Assembly: GCA_040954595.2 (NCBI GenBank) | Contig: CM082597.2 | Span: 10,263,721-10,327,720, forward strand | From: Balanoglossus misakiensis | Lineage: Eukaryota > Animalia > Hemichordata | Length of the DNA: 64,000 nt | Direction of reading: 5' to 3' | In this document: piece after piece, positions 1-15,000 of the stretch | Layout: every line of letters starts with the position of its first letter | Position numbering within the stretch: position 1 is the first letter of the stretch | Program-made: the position numbers and the translations under genes | The notes under the pieces: model-generated | Databases searched by the model: none | What the model was told of the DNA's origin: nothing | The model's input: only the letters and a program-made list of their open reading frames with translations

Positions 1-3000
1 TTTAATTCAGTGTCAGAAAAAGTGACTTGCTGGTCAAGAATGCAAACAGTGACAGTCAGAGTGTCTCACAGGTGAGAGATTTTTTCTTTTTTTTTTACAC
101 ACGGGTTAGACGTGGGCATTGCAGAGAGGGCAGCACCAATTTCATAAATGTACGTAGCAGTAAATACAGACTGCCTTTGCTTCCTTCCATATTTCATGCA
201 CACCGTGTAAGTAGACTTTACCTAATTTTGTCCCTTCTTTTCACCCAATTTACTGTCTTTTCCTGATCTCCAACACAGACTATGGTTGCCACCATCTTGT
301 CTGTTGTTAGGACAGCACACTGCCTTATTGTGTTGACTGTGTGCAGTTTTTGTAACCAGAGCCTCTAACCCTAACTATTATGCAGTTGTTACATATGATG
401 CAAGTTGCCCATAAAATTACCTAACAATAAAATGTGGCTGTCGAACATTGGTCCCAACAATAACGACAAACACAATACGATAGAATTTTTACTCAATGAC
501 TTTCTGGCCTCATTTTCGCATCGTCTTGGAAGGGCAAATGAAAAAGGCATATCGATTATTGGTACTCCACTTATTAGACTTTCCACTGTTTGTCAACAGC
601 ACTGCCAAGGAACTCCTGCCAGCCATCATTGATTGTCTGGATAGTAGTGCCCAGAGTGTCGTCAATGTAGCTTTACAACATCTACGCTAAACAAATCTCT
701 TTTTTTTTGGCCTAACTTAATATATTTGTTTATTTCAGTGCTATGAGCAATACTCCGTTGCGTTTACTGTCAGAGATGTATCTGCAACAACCCGATTTAA
801 TTCAGAGTGTCAGAAAAAGTGACTTGCTGGTCAAGAATGCAAACAGTGTCAGTCAGAGTGTCTCACAGGTGAGAGATTTTTTCTTTTTTTTTACACACGG
901 GTTAGACGTGGGCATTGCAGAGAGGGCAGCACCAATTTCATAAATGTACGTAGCAGTAAATACAGACTGCCTTTGCTTCCTTCCATAATTCATGCACACC
1001 GTGTAAGTAGACTTTACCTAATTTTGTCCCTTCTTTTCACCCAATTTACTGTCTTTTCCTGATCTCCAACACAGACTATGGTTGCCACCATCTTGTCTGT
1101 TGTTAGGACAGCACACTGCCTTATTGTGTTGACTGTGTGCAGTTTTTGTAACCAGAGCCTCTAACCCAAACTATTATGCAGTTGTTACATATGATGCAAG
1201 TTGCCCATAAAATTACCTAACAATAAAATGTGGCTGTCGAACATTGGTCCCAACAATAACGACAAACACAATACGATAGAATTTTTACTCAATGACTTTC
1301 TGGCCTCATTTTCGCATCGTCTTGGAAGGGCAAATGAAAAAGGCATATCGATTATTGGTACTCCACTTATTAGACTTTCCACTGTTTGTCAACAGCACTG
1401 CCAAGGAACTCCTGCCAGCCATCATTGATTGTCTGGATAGTAGTGCCCAGAGTGTCGTCAATGTAGCTTTACAACATCTACGCTAAACAAATCTCTTTTT
1501 TTTTGGCCTAACTTAATATATTTGTTTATTTCAGTGCTATGAGCAATACTCCGTTGCGTTTACTGTCAGAGATGTATCTGCAACAACCCGATTTAATTCA
1601 GAGTGTCAGAAAAAGTGACTTGCTGGTCAAGAATGCAAACAGTGTCAGTCAGAGTGTCTCACAGGTGAGAGATTTTTTCTTTTTTTTTACACACGGGTTA
1701 GACGTGGGCATTGCAGAGAGGGCAGCACCAATTTCATAAATGTACGTAGCAGTAAATACAGACTGCCTTTGCTTCCTTCCATAATTCATGCACACCGTGT
1801 AAGTAGACTTTACCTAATTTTGTCCCTTCTTTTCACCCAATTTACTGTCTTTTCCTGATCTCCAACACAGACTATGGTTGCCACCATCTTGTCTGTTGTT
1901 AGGACAGCACACTGCCTTATTGTGTTGACTGTGTGCAGTTTTTGTAACCAGAGCCTCTAACCCAAACTATTATGCAGTTGTTACATATGATGCAAGTTGC
2001 CCATAAAATTACCTAACAATAAAATGTGGCTGTCAAACATTGGTCCCAACAATAACGACAAACACAATACGATAGAATTTTTACTCAATGACTTTCTGGC
2101 CTCATTTTCGCATCGTCTTGGAAGGGCAAATGAAAAAGGCATATCGATTATTGGTACTCCACTTATTAGACTTTCCACTGTTTGTCAACAGCACTGCCAA
2201 GGAACTCCTGCCAGCCATCATTGATTGTCTGGATAGTAGTGCCCAGAGTGTCGTCAATGTAGCTTTACAACATCTACGCTAAACAAATCTCTTTTTTTTT
2301 TTGGCCTAACTTAATATATTTGTTTATTTCAGTGCTATGAGCAATACTCCGTTGCGTTTACTGTCAGAAGTGTATCTGCAACAACCCGATTTAATTCAGA
2401 GTGTCAGAAAAAGTGACTTGCTGGTCAAGAATGCAAACAGTGTCAGTCAGAGTGTCTCACAGGTGAGAGATTTTTTCTTTTTTTTTACACACGGGTTAGA
2501 CGTGGGCATTGCAGAGAGGGCAGCACCAATTTCATAAATGTACGTAGCAGTAAATACAGACTGCCTTTGCCTCCTTCCATAATTCATGCACACCGTGTAA
2601 GTAGACTTTACCTAATTTTGTCCCTTCTTTTCACCCAATTTACTGTCTTTTCCTGATCTCCAACACAGACTATGGTTGCCACTATCTTGTCTGTTGTTAG
2701 GACAGCACACTGCCTTATTGTGTTGACTGTGTGCAGTTTTTGTAACCAGAGCCTCTAACCCAAACTATTATGCAGTTGTTACATATGATGCAAGTTGCCC
2801 ATAAAATTACCTAACAATAAAATGTGGCTGTCGAACATTGGTCCCAACAATAACGACAAACACAATACGATAGAATTTTTACTCAATGACTTTCTGGCCT
2901 CATTTTCGCATCGTCTTGGAAGGGCAAATGAAAAAGGCATATCGATTATTGGTACTCCACTTATTAGACTTTCCACTGTTTGTCAACAGCACTGCCAAGG

Positions 3001-6000
3001 AACTCCTGCCAGCCATCATTGATTGTCTGGATAGTAGTGCCCAGAGTGTCGTCAATGTAGCTTTACAACATCTACGCTAAACAAATCTCTTTTTTTTTGG
3101 CCTAACTTAATATATTTGTTTATTTCAGTGCTATGAGCAATACTCCGTTGCGTTTACTGTCAGAGATGTATCTGCAACAACCCGATTTAATTCAGAGTGT
3201 CAGAAAAAGTGACTTGCTGGTCAAGAATGCAAACAGTGTCAGTCAGAGTGTCTCACAGGTGAGAGATTTTTTCTTTTTTTTTACACACGGGTTAGACGTG
3301 GGCATTGCAGACAGGGCAGCACCAATTTCATAAATGTACGTAGCAGTAAATACAGACTGCCTTTGCTTCCTTCCATATTTCATGCACACCGTGTAAGTAG
3401 ACTTTACCTAATTTTGTCCCTTCTTTTCACCCAATTTACTGTCTTTTCCTGATCTCCAACACAGACTATGGTTGCCACCATCTTGTCTGTTGTTAGGACA
3501 GCACACTGCCTTATTGTGTTGACTGTGTGCAGTTTTTGTAACCAGAGCCTCTAACCCAAACTATTCTGCAGTTGTTACATATGATGCAAGTTGCCCATAA
3601 AATTACCTAACAATAAAATGTGGCTGTCGAACATTGGTCCCAACAATAACGACAAACACAATACGATAGAATTTTTACTCAATGACTTTCTGGCCTCATT
3701 TTCGCATCGTCTTGGAAGGGCAAATGAAAAAGGCATATCGATTATTGGTACTCCACTTATTAGACTTTCCACTGTTTGTCAACAGCACTGCCAAGGAACT
3801 CCTGCCAGCCATCATTGATTGTCTGGATAGTAGTGCCCAGAGTGTCGTCAATGTAGCTTTACAACATCTACGCTAAACAAATCTCTTTTTTTTTGGCCTA
3901 ACTTAATATATTTGTTTATTTCAGTGCTATGAGCAATACTCCGTTGCGTTTACTGTCAGAGATGTATCTGCAACAACCCGATTTAATTCAGAGTGTCAGA
4001 AAAAGTGACTTGCTGGTCAAGAATGCAAACAGTGTCAGTCAGAGTGTCTCACAGGTGAGAGATTTTTTCTTTTTTTTTACACACGGGTTAGACGTGGGCA
4101 TTGCAGAGAGGGCAGCACCAATTTCATAAATGTACGTAGCAGTAAATACAGACTGCCTTTGCTTCCTTCCATAATTCATGCACACCATGTAAGTAGACTT
4201 TACCTAATTTTGTCCCTTCTTTTCACCCAATTTACTGTCTTTTCCTGATCTCCAACACAGACTATGGTTGCCACCATCTTGTCTGTTGTTAGGACAGCAC
4301 ACTGCCTTATTGTGTTGACTGTGTGCAGTTTTTGTAACCAGAGCCTCTAACCCAAACTATTATGCAGTTGTTACATATGATGCAAGTTGCCCATAAAATT
4401 ACCTAACAATAAAATGTGGCTGTCGAACATTGGTCCCAACAATAACGACAAACACAATACGATAGAATTTTTACTCAATGACTTTCTGGCCTCATTTTCG
4501 CATCGTCTTGGAAGGGCAAATGAAAAAGGAATATCGATTATTGGTACTCCACTTATTAGACTTTCCACTGTTTGTCAACAGCACTGCCAAGGAACTCCTG
4601 CCAGCCATCATTGATTGTCTGGATAGTAGTGCCCAGAGTGTCGTCAATGTAGCTTTACAACATCTACGCTAAACAAATCTCTTTTTTTTTGGCCTAACTT
4701 AATATATTTGTTTATTTCAGTGCTATGAGCAATACTCCGTTGCGTTTACTGTCAGAGATGTATCTGCAACAACCCGATTTAATTCAGAGTGTCAGAAAAA
4801 GTGACTTGCTGGTCAAGAATGCAAACAGTGTCAGTCAGAGTGTCTCACAGGTGAGAGATTTTTTCTTTTTTTTACACATGGGTTAGACGTGGGCATTGCA
4901 GAGAGGGCAGCACCAATTTCATAAATGTACGTAGCAGTAAATACAGACTGCCTTTGCTTCCTTCCATATTTCATGCACACCGTGTAAGTAGACTTTACCT
5001 AATTTTGTCCCTTCTTTTCACCCAATTTACTGTCTTTTCCTGATCTCCAACACAGACTATGGTTGCCACCATCTTGTCTGTTGTTAGGACAGCACACTGC
5101 CTTATTGTGTTGACTGTGTGCAGTTTTTGTAACCAGAGCCTCTAACCCAAACTATTATGCAGTTGTTACATATGATGCAAGTTGCCCATAAAATTACCTA
5201 ACAATAAAATGTGGCTGTCGAACATTGGTCCCAACAATAACGACAAACACAATACGATAGAATTTTTACTCAATGACTTTCTGGCCTCATTTTCGCATCG
5301 TCTTGGAAGGGCAAATGAAAAAGGCATATCGATTATTGGTACTCCACTTATTAGACTTTCCACTGTTTGTCAACAGCACTGCCAAGGAACTCCTGCCAGC
5401 CATCATTGATTGTCTGGATAGTAGTGCCCAGAGTGTCGTCAATGTAGCTTTACAACATCTACGCTAAACAAATCTCTTTTTTTTTTTGGCCTAACTTAAT
5501 ATATTTGTTTATTTCAGTGCTATGAGCAATACTCCGTTGTGTTTACTGTCAGAGATGTATCTGCAACAACCCGATTTAATTCAGAGTGTCAGAAAAAGTG
5601 ACTTGCTGGTCAAGAATGCAAACAGTGTCAGTCAGAGTGTCTCACAGGTGAGAGATTTTTTCTTTTTTTTTACACACGGGTTAGACGTGGGCATTGCAGA
5701 GAGGGCAGCACCAATTTCATAAATGTACGTAGCAGTATATACAGACTGCCTTTGCTTCCTTCCATATTTCATGCACACCGTGTAAGTAGACTTTACCTAA
5801 TTTTGTCCCTTCTTTTCACCCAATTTACTGTCTTTTCCTGATCTCCAACACAGACTATGGTTGCCACCATCTTGTCTGTTGTTAGGACAGCACACTGCCT
5901 TATTGTGTTGACTGTGTGCAGTTTTTGTAACCAGAGCCTCTAACCCAAACTATTATGCAGTTGTTACATATGATGCAAGTTGCCCATAAAATTACCTAAC

Positions 6001-9000
6001 AATAAAATGTGGCTGTCGAACATTGGTCCCAACAATAACGACAAACACAATACGATAGAATTTTTACTCAATGACTTTCTGGCCTCATTTTCGCATCGTC
6101 TTGGAAGGGCAAATGAAAAAGGCATATCGATTATTGGTACTCCACTTATTAGACTTTCCACTGTTTGTCAACAGCACTGCCAAGGAACTCCTGCCAGCCA
6201 TCATTGATTGTCTGGATAGTAGTGCCCAGAGTGTCGTCAATGTAGCTTTACAACATCTACGCTAAACAAATCTCTTTTTTTTTTTTGCCTAACTTAATAT
6301 ATTTGTTTATTTCAGTGCTATGAGCAATACTCCGTTGTGTTTACTGTCAGAGATGTATCTGCAACAACCCGATTTAATTCAGAGTGTCAGAAAAAGTGAC
6401 TTGCTGGTCAAGAATGCAAACAGTGTCAGTCAGAGTGTCTCACAGGTGAGAGATTTTTTCTTTTTTTTTACACACGGGTTAGACGTGGGCATTGCAGAGA
6501 GGGCAGCACCAATTTCATAAATGTACGTAGCAGTATATACAGACTGCCTTTGCTTCCTTCCATATTTCATGCACACCGTGTAAGTAGACTTTACCTAATT
6601 TTGTCCCTTCTTTTCACCCAATTTACTGTCTTTTCCTGATCTCCAACACAGACTATGGTTGCCACCATCTTGTCTGTTGTTAGGACAGCACACTGCCTTA
6701 TTGTGTTGACTGTGTGCAGTTTTTGTAACCAGAGCCTCTAACCCAAACTATTATGCAGTTGTTACATATGATGCAAGTTGCCCATAAAATTACCTAACAA
6801 TAAAATGTGGCTGTCGAACATTGGTCCCAACAATAACGACAAACACAATACGATAGAATTTTTACTCAATGACTTTCTGGCCTCATTTTCGCATCGTCTT
6901 GGAAGGGCAAATGAAAAAGGCATATCGATTATTGGTACTCCACTTATTAGACTTTCCACTGTTTGTCAACAGCACTGCCAAGGAACTCCTGCCAGCCATC
7001 ATTGATTGTCCGGATAGTAGTGCCCAGAGTGTCGTCAATGTAGCTTTACAACATCTACGCTAAACAAATCTCTTTTTTTTTTTGGCCTAACTTAATATAT
7101 TTGTTTATTTCAGTGCTATGAGCAATACTCCGTTGTGTTTACTGTCAGAGATGTATCTGCAACAACCCGATTTAATTCAGAGTGTCAGAAAAAGTGACTT
7201 GCTGGTCAAGAATGCAAACAGTGTCAGTCAGAGTGTCTCACAGGTGAGAGATTTTTTCTTTTTTTTTACACACGGGTTAGACGTGGGCATTGCAGAGAGG
7301 GCAGCACCAATTTCATAAATGTACGTAGCAGTATATACAGACTGCCTTTGCTTCCTTCCATATTTCATGCACACCGTGTAAGTAGACTTTACCTAATTTT
7401 GTCCCTTCTTTTCACCCAATTTACTGTCTTTTCCTGATCTCCAACACAGACTATGGTTGCCACCATCTTGTCTGTTGTTAGGACAGCACACTGCCTTATT
7501 GTGTTGACTGTGTGCAGTTTTTGTAACCAGAGCCTCTAACCCAAACTATTATGCAGTTGTTACATATGATGCAAGTTGCCCATAAAATTACCTAACAATA
7601 AAATGTGGCTGTCGAACATTGGTCCCAACAATAACGACAAACACAATACGATAGAATTTTTACTCAATGACTTTCTGGCCTCATTTTCGCATCGTCTTGG
7701 AAGGGCAAATGAAAAAGGCATATCGATTATTGGTACTCCACTTATTAGACTTTCCACTGTTTGTCAACAGCACTGCCAAGGAACTCCTGCCAGCCATCAT
7801 TGATTGTCTGGATAGTAGTGCCCAGAGTGTCGTCAATGTAGCTTTACAACATCTACGCTAAACAAATCTCTTTTTTTTTTGGCCTAACTTAATATATTTG
7901 TTTATTTCAGTGCTATGAGCAATACTCCGTTGTGTTTACTGTCAGAGATGTATCTGCAACAACCCGATTTAATTCAGAGTGTCAGAAAAAGTGACTTGCT
8001 GGTCAAGAATGCAAACAGTGTCAGTCAGAGTGTCTCACAGGTGAGAGATTTTTTTCTTTTTTTTTACACACGGGTTAGACGTGGGCATTGCAGAGAGGGC
8101 AGCACCAATTTCATAAATGTACGTAGCAGTAAATACAGACTGCCTTTGCTTCCTTCCATATTTCATGCACACCGTGTAAGTAGACTTTACCTAATTTTGT
8201 CCCTTCTTTTCACCCAATTTACTGTCTTTTCCTGATCTCCAACACAGACTATGGTTGCCACCATCTTGTCTGTTGTTAGGACAGCACACTGCCTTATTGT
8301 GTTGACTGTGTGCAGTTTTTGTAACCAGAGCCTCTAACCCAAACTATTATGCAGTTGTTACATATGATGCAAGTTGCCCATAAAATTACCTAACAATAAA
8401 ATGTGGCTGTCGAACATTGGTCCCAACAATAACGACAAACACAATACGATAGAATTTTTACTCAATGACTTTCTGGCCTCATTTTCGCATCGTCTTGGAA
8501 GGGCAAATGAAAAAGGCATATCGATTATTGGTACTCCACTTATTAGACTTTCCACTGTTTGTCAACAGCACTGCCAAGGAACTCCTGCCAGCCATCATTG
8601 ATTGTCTGGATAGTAGTGCCCAGAGTGTCGTCAATGTAGCTTTACAACATCTACGCTAAACAAATCTCTTTTTTTTTGGCCTAACTTAATATATTTGTTT
8701 ATTTCAGTGCTATGAGCAATACTCTGTTGCGTTTACTGTCAGAGATGTATCTGCAACAACCCGATTTAATTCAGAGTGTCAGAAAAAGTGACTTGCTGGT
8801 CAAGAATGCAAACAGTGTCAGTCAGAGTGTCTCACAGGTGAGAGATTTTTTCTTTTTTTTTTTACACACGGGTTAGACGTGGGCATTGCAGAGAGGGCAG
8901 CACCAATTTCATAAATGTACGTAGCAGTAAATACAGACTGCCTTTGCTTCCTTCCATATTTCATGCACACCGTGTAAGTAGACTTTACCTAATTTTGTCC

Positions 9001-12000
9001 CTTCTTTTCACCCAATTTACTGTCTTTTCCTGATCTCCAACACAGACTATGGTTGCCACCATCTTGTCTGTTGTTAGGACAGCACACTGCCTTATTGTGT
9101 TGACTGTGTGCAGTTTTTGTAACCAGAGCCTCTAACCCAAACTATTATGCAGTTGTTACATATGATGCAAGTTGCCCATAAAATTACCTAACAATAAAAT
9201 GTGGCTGTCGAACATTGGTCCCAACAATAACGACAAACACAATACGATAGAATTTTTACTCAATGACTTTCTGGCCTCATTTTCGCATCGTCTTGGAAGG
9301 GCAAATGAAAAAGGCATATCGATTATTGGTACTCCACTTATTAGACTTTCCACTGTTTGTCAACAGCACTGCCAAGGAACTCCTGCCAGCCATCATTGAT
9401 TGTCTGGATAGTAGTGCCCAGAGTGTCGTCAATGTAGCTTTACAACATCTACGCTAAACAAATCTCTTTTTTTTTGGCCTAACTTAATATATTTGTTTAT
9501 TTCAGTGCTATGAGCAATACTCTGTTGCGTTTACTGTCAGAGATGTATCTGCAACAACCCGATTTAATTCAGAGTGTCAGAAAAAGTGACTTGCTGGTCA
9601 AGAATGCAAACAGTGTCAGTCAGAGTGTCTCACAGGTGAGAGATTTTTTCTTTTTTTTTACACACGGGTTAGACGTGGGCATTGCAGAGAGGGCAGCACC
9701 AATTTCATAAATGTACGTAGCAGTAAATACAGACTGCCTTTGCTTCCTTCCATATTTCATGCACACCGTGTAAGTAGACTTTACCTAATTTTGTCCCTTC
9801 TTTTCACCCAATTTACTGTCTTTTCCTGATCTCCAACACAGACTATGGTTGCCACCATCTTGTCTGTTGTTAGGACAGCACACTGCCTTATTGTGTTGAC
9901 TGTGTGCAGTTTTTGTAACCAGAGCCTCTAACCCAAACTATTATGCAGTTGTTACATATGATGCAAGTTGCCCATAAAATTACCTAACAATAAAATGTGG
10001 CTGTCGAACATTGGTCCCAACAATAACGACAAACACAATACGATAGAATTTTTACTCAATGACTTTCTGGCCTCATTTTCGCATCGTCTTGGAAGGGCAA
10101 ATGAAAAAGGCATATCGATTATTGGTACTCCACTTATTAGACTTTCCACTGTTTGTCAACAGCACTGCCAAGGAACTCCTGCCAGCCATCATTGATTGTC
10201 TGGATAGTAGTGCCCAGAGTGTCGTCAATGTAGCTTTACAACATCTACGCTAAACAAATCTTTTTTTTTTGGCCTAACTTAATATATTTGTTTATTTCAG
10301 TGCTATGAGCAATACTCCGTTGTGTTTACTGTCAGAGATGTATCTGCAACAACCCGATTTAATTCAGAGTGTCAGAAAAAGTGACTTGCTGGTCAAGAAT
10401 GCAAACAGTGTCAGTCAGAGTGTCTCACAGGTGAGAGATTTTTTCTTTTTTTTTACACACGGGTTAGACGTGGGCATTGCAGAGAGGGCAGCACCAATTT
10501 CATAAATGTACGTAGCAGTAAATACAGACTGCCTTTGCTTCCTTCCATATTTCATGCACACCGTGTAAGTAGACTTTACCTAATTTTGTCCCTTCTTTTC
10601 ACCCAATTTACTGTCTTTTCCTGATCTCCAACACAGACTATGGTTGCCACCATCTTGTCTGTTGTTAGGACAGCACACTGCCTTATTGTGTTGACTGTGT
10701 GCAGTTTTTGTAACCAGAGCCTCTAACCCAAACTATTATGCAGTTGTTACATATGATGCAAGTTGCCCATAAAATTACCTAACAATAAAATGTGGCTGTC
10801 GAACATTGGTCCCAACAATAACGACAAACACAATACGATAGAATTTTTACTCAATGACTTTCTGGCCTCATTTTCGCATCGTCTTGGAAGGGCAAATGAA
10901 AAAGGCATATCGATTATTGGTACTCCACTTATTAGACTTTCCACTGTTTGTCAACAGCACTGCCAAGGAACTCCTGCCAGCCATCATTGATTGTCTTGAT
11001 AGTAGTGCCCAGAGTGTCGTCAATGTAGCTTTACAACATCTACGCTAAACAAATCTCTTTTTTTTTTTTGGCCTAACTTAATATATTTGTTTATTTCAGT
11101 GCTATGAGCAATACTCCGTTGTGTTTACTGTCAGAGATGTATCTGCAACAACCCGATTTAATTCAGAGTGTCAGAAAAAGTGACTTGCTGGTCAAGAATG
11201 CAAACAGTGTCAGTCAGAGTGTCTCACAGGTGAGAGATTTTTTCTTTTTTTTTACACACGGGTTAGACGTGGGCATTGCAGAGAGGGCAGCACCAATTTC
11301 ATAAATGTACGTAGCAGTAAATACAGACTGCCTTTGCTTCCTTCCATATTTCATGCACACCGTGTAAGTAGACTTTACCTAATTTTGTCCCTTCTTTTCA
11401 CCCAATTTACTGTCTTTTCCTGATCTCCAACACAGACTATGGTTGCCACCATCTTGTCTGTTGTTAGGACAGCACACTGCCTTATTGTGTTGACTGTGTG
11501 CAGTTTTTGTAACCAGAGCCTCTAACCCAAACTATTATGCAGTTGTTACATATGATGCAAGTTGCCCATAAAATTACCTAACAATAAAATGTGGCTGTCG
11601 AACATTGGTCCCAACAATAACGACAAACACAATACGATAGAATTTTTACTCAATGACTTTCTGGCCTCATTTTCGCATCGTCTTGGAAGGGCAAATGAAA
11701 AAGGCATATCGATTATTGGTACTCCACTTATTAGACTTTCCACTGTTTGTCAACAGCACTGCCAAGGAACTCCTGCCAGCCATCATTGATTGTCTGGATA
11801 GTAGTGCCCAGAGTGTCGTCAATGTAGCTTTACAACATCTACGCTAAACAAATCTCTTTTTTTTTTGGCCTAACTTAATATATTTGTTTATTTCAGTGCT
11901 ATGAGCAATACTCCGTTGTGTTTACTGTCAGAGATGTATCTGCAACAACCCGATTTAATTCAGAGTGTCAGAAAAAGTGACTTGCTGGTCAAGAATGCAA

Positions 12001-15000
12001 ACAGTGTCAGTCAGAGTGTCTCACAGGTGAGAGATTTTTTCTTTTTTTTTACACACGGGTTAGACGTGGGCATTGCAGAGAGGGCAGCACCAATTTCATA
12101 AATGTACGTAGCAGTAAATACAGACTGCCTTTGCTTCCTTCCATATTTCATGCACACCGTGTAAGTAGACTTTACCTAATTTTGTCCCTTCTTTTCACCC
12201 AATTTACTGTCTTTTCCTGATCTCCAACACAGACTATGGTTGCCACCATCTTGTCTGTTGTTAGGACAGCACACTGCCTTATTGTGTTGACTGTGTGCAG
12301 TTTTTGTAACCAGAGCCTCTAACCCAAACTATTATGCAGTTGTTACATATGATGCAAGTTGCCCATAAAATTACCTAACAATAAAATGTGGCTGTCGAAC
12401 ATTGGTCCCAACAATAACGACAAACACAATACGATAGAATTTTTACTCAATGACTTTCTGGCCTCATTTTCGCATCGTCTTGGAAGGGCAAATGAAAAAG
12501 GCATATCGATTATTGGTACTCCACTTATTAGACTTTCCACTGTTTGTCAACAGCACTGCCAAGGAACTCCTGCCAGCCATCATTGATTGTCTGGATAGTA
12601 GTGCCCAGAGTGTCGTCAATGTAGCTTTACAACATCTACGCTAAACAAATCTCTTTTTTTTTTGGCCTAACTTAATATATTTGTTTATTTCAGTGCTATG
12701 AGCAATACTCCGTTGTGTTTACTGTCAGAGATGTATCTGCAACAACCCGATTTAATTCAGAGTGTCAGAAAAAGTGACTTGCTGGTCAAGAATGCAAACA
12801 GTGTCAGTCAGAGTGTCTCACAGGTGAGAGATTTTTTCTTTTTTTTTACACACGGGTTAGACGTGGGCATTGCAGAGAGGGCAGCACCAATTTCATAAAT
12901 GTACGTAGCAGTAAATACAGACTGCCTTTGCTTCCTTCCATATTTCATGCACACCGTGTAAGTAGACTTTACCTAATTTTGTCCCTTCTTTTCACCCAAT
13001 TTACTGTCTTTTCCTGATCTCCAACACAGAGTATGGTTGCCACCATCTTGTCTGTTGTTAGGACAGCACACTGCCTTATTGTGTTGACTGTGTGCAGTTT
13101 TTGTAACCAGAGCCTCTAACCCAAACTATTATGCAGTTGTTACATATGATGCAAGTTGCCCATAAAATTACCTAACAATAAAATGTGGCTGTCGAACATT
13201 GGTCCCAACAATAACGACAAACACAATACGATAGAATTTTTACTCAATGACTTTCTGGCCTCATTTTCGCATCGTCTTGGAAGGGCAAATGAAAAAGGCA
13301 TATCGATTATTGGTACTCCACTTATTAGACTTTCCACTGTTTGTCAACAGCACTGCCAAGGAACTCCTGCCAGCCATCATTGATTGTCTGGATAGTAGTG
13401 CCCAGAGTGTCGTCAATGTAGCTTTACAACATCTACGCTAAACAAATCTCTTTTTTTTTTGGCCTAACTTAATATATTTGTTTATTTCAGTGCTATGAGC
13501 AATACTCCGTTGTGTTTACTGTCAGAGATGTATCTGCAACAACCCGATTTAATTCAGAGTGTCAGAAAAAGTGACTTGCTGGTCAAGAATGCAAACAGTG
13601 TCAGTCAGAGTGTCTCACAGGTGAGAGATTTTTTTCTTTTTTTTTACACACGGGTTAGACGTGGGCATTGCAGAGAGGGCAGCACCAATTTCATAAATGT
13701 ACGTAGCAGTAAATACAGACTGCCTTTGCTTCCTTCCATATTTCATGCACACCGTGTAAGTAGACTTTACCTAATTTTGTCCCTTCTTTTCACCCAATTT
13801 ACTGTCTTTTCCTGATCTCCAACACAGACTATGGTTGCCACCATCTTGTCTGTTGTTAGGACAGCACACTGCCTTATTGTGTTGACTGTGTGCAGTTTTT
13901 GTAACCAGAGCCTCTAACCCAAACTATTATGCAGTTGTTACATATGATGCAAGTTGCCCATAAAATTACCTAACAATAAAATGTGGCTGTCGAACATTGG
14001 TCCCAACAATAACGACAAACACAATACGATAGAATTTTTACTCAATGACTTTCTGGCCTCATTTTCGCATCGTCTTGGAAGGGCAAATGAAAAAGGCATA
14101 TCGATTATTGGTACTCCACTTATTAGACTTTCCACTGTTTGTCAACAGCACTGCCAAGGAACTCCTGCCAGCCATCATTGATTGTCTGGATAGTAGTGCC
14201 CAGAGTGTCGTCAATGTAGCTTTACAACATCTACGCTAAACAAATCTCTTTTTTTTTGGCCTAACTTAATATATTTGTTTATTTCAGTGCTATGAGCAAT
14301 ACTCCGTTGTGTTTACTGTCAGAGATGTATCTGCAACAACCCGATTTAATTCAGAGTGTCAGAAAAAGTGACTTGCTGGTCAAGAATGCAAACAGTGTCA
14401 GTCAGAGTGTCTCACAGGTGAGAGATTTTTTTCTTTTTTTTTACACACGGGTTAGACGTGGGCATTGCAGAGAGGGCAGCACCAATTTCATAAATGTACG
14501 TAGCAGTAAATACAGACTGCCTTTGCTTCCTTCCATATTTCATGCACACCGTGTAAGTAGACTTTACCTAATTTTGTCCCTTCTTTTCACCCAATTTACT
14601 GTCTTTTCCTGATCTCCAACACAGACTATGGTTGCCACCATCTTGTCTGTTGTTAGGACAGCACACTGCCTTATTGTGTTGACTGTGTGCAGTTTTTGTA
14701 ACCAGAGCCTCTAACCCAAACTATTATGCAGTTGTTACATATGATGCAAGTTGCCCATAAAATTACCTAACAATAAAATGTGGCTGTCGAACATTGGTCC
14801 CAACAATAACGACAAACACAATACGATAGAATTTTTACTCAATGACTTTCTGGCCTCATTTTCGCATCGTCTTGGAAGGGCAAATGAAAAAGGCATATCG
14901 ATTATTGGTACTCCACTTATTAGACTTTCCACTGTTTGTCAACAGCACTGCCAAGGGACTCCTGCCAGCCATCATTGATTGTCTGGATAGTAGTGCCCAG

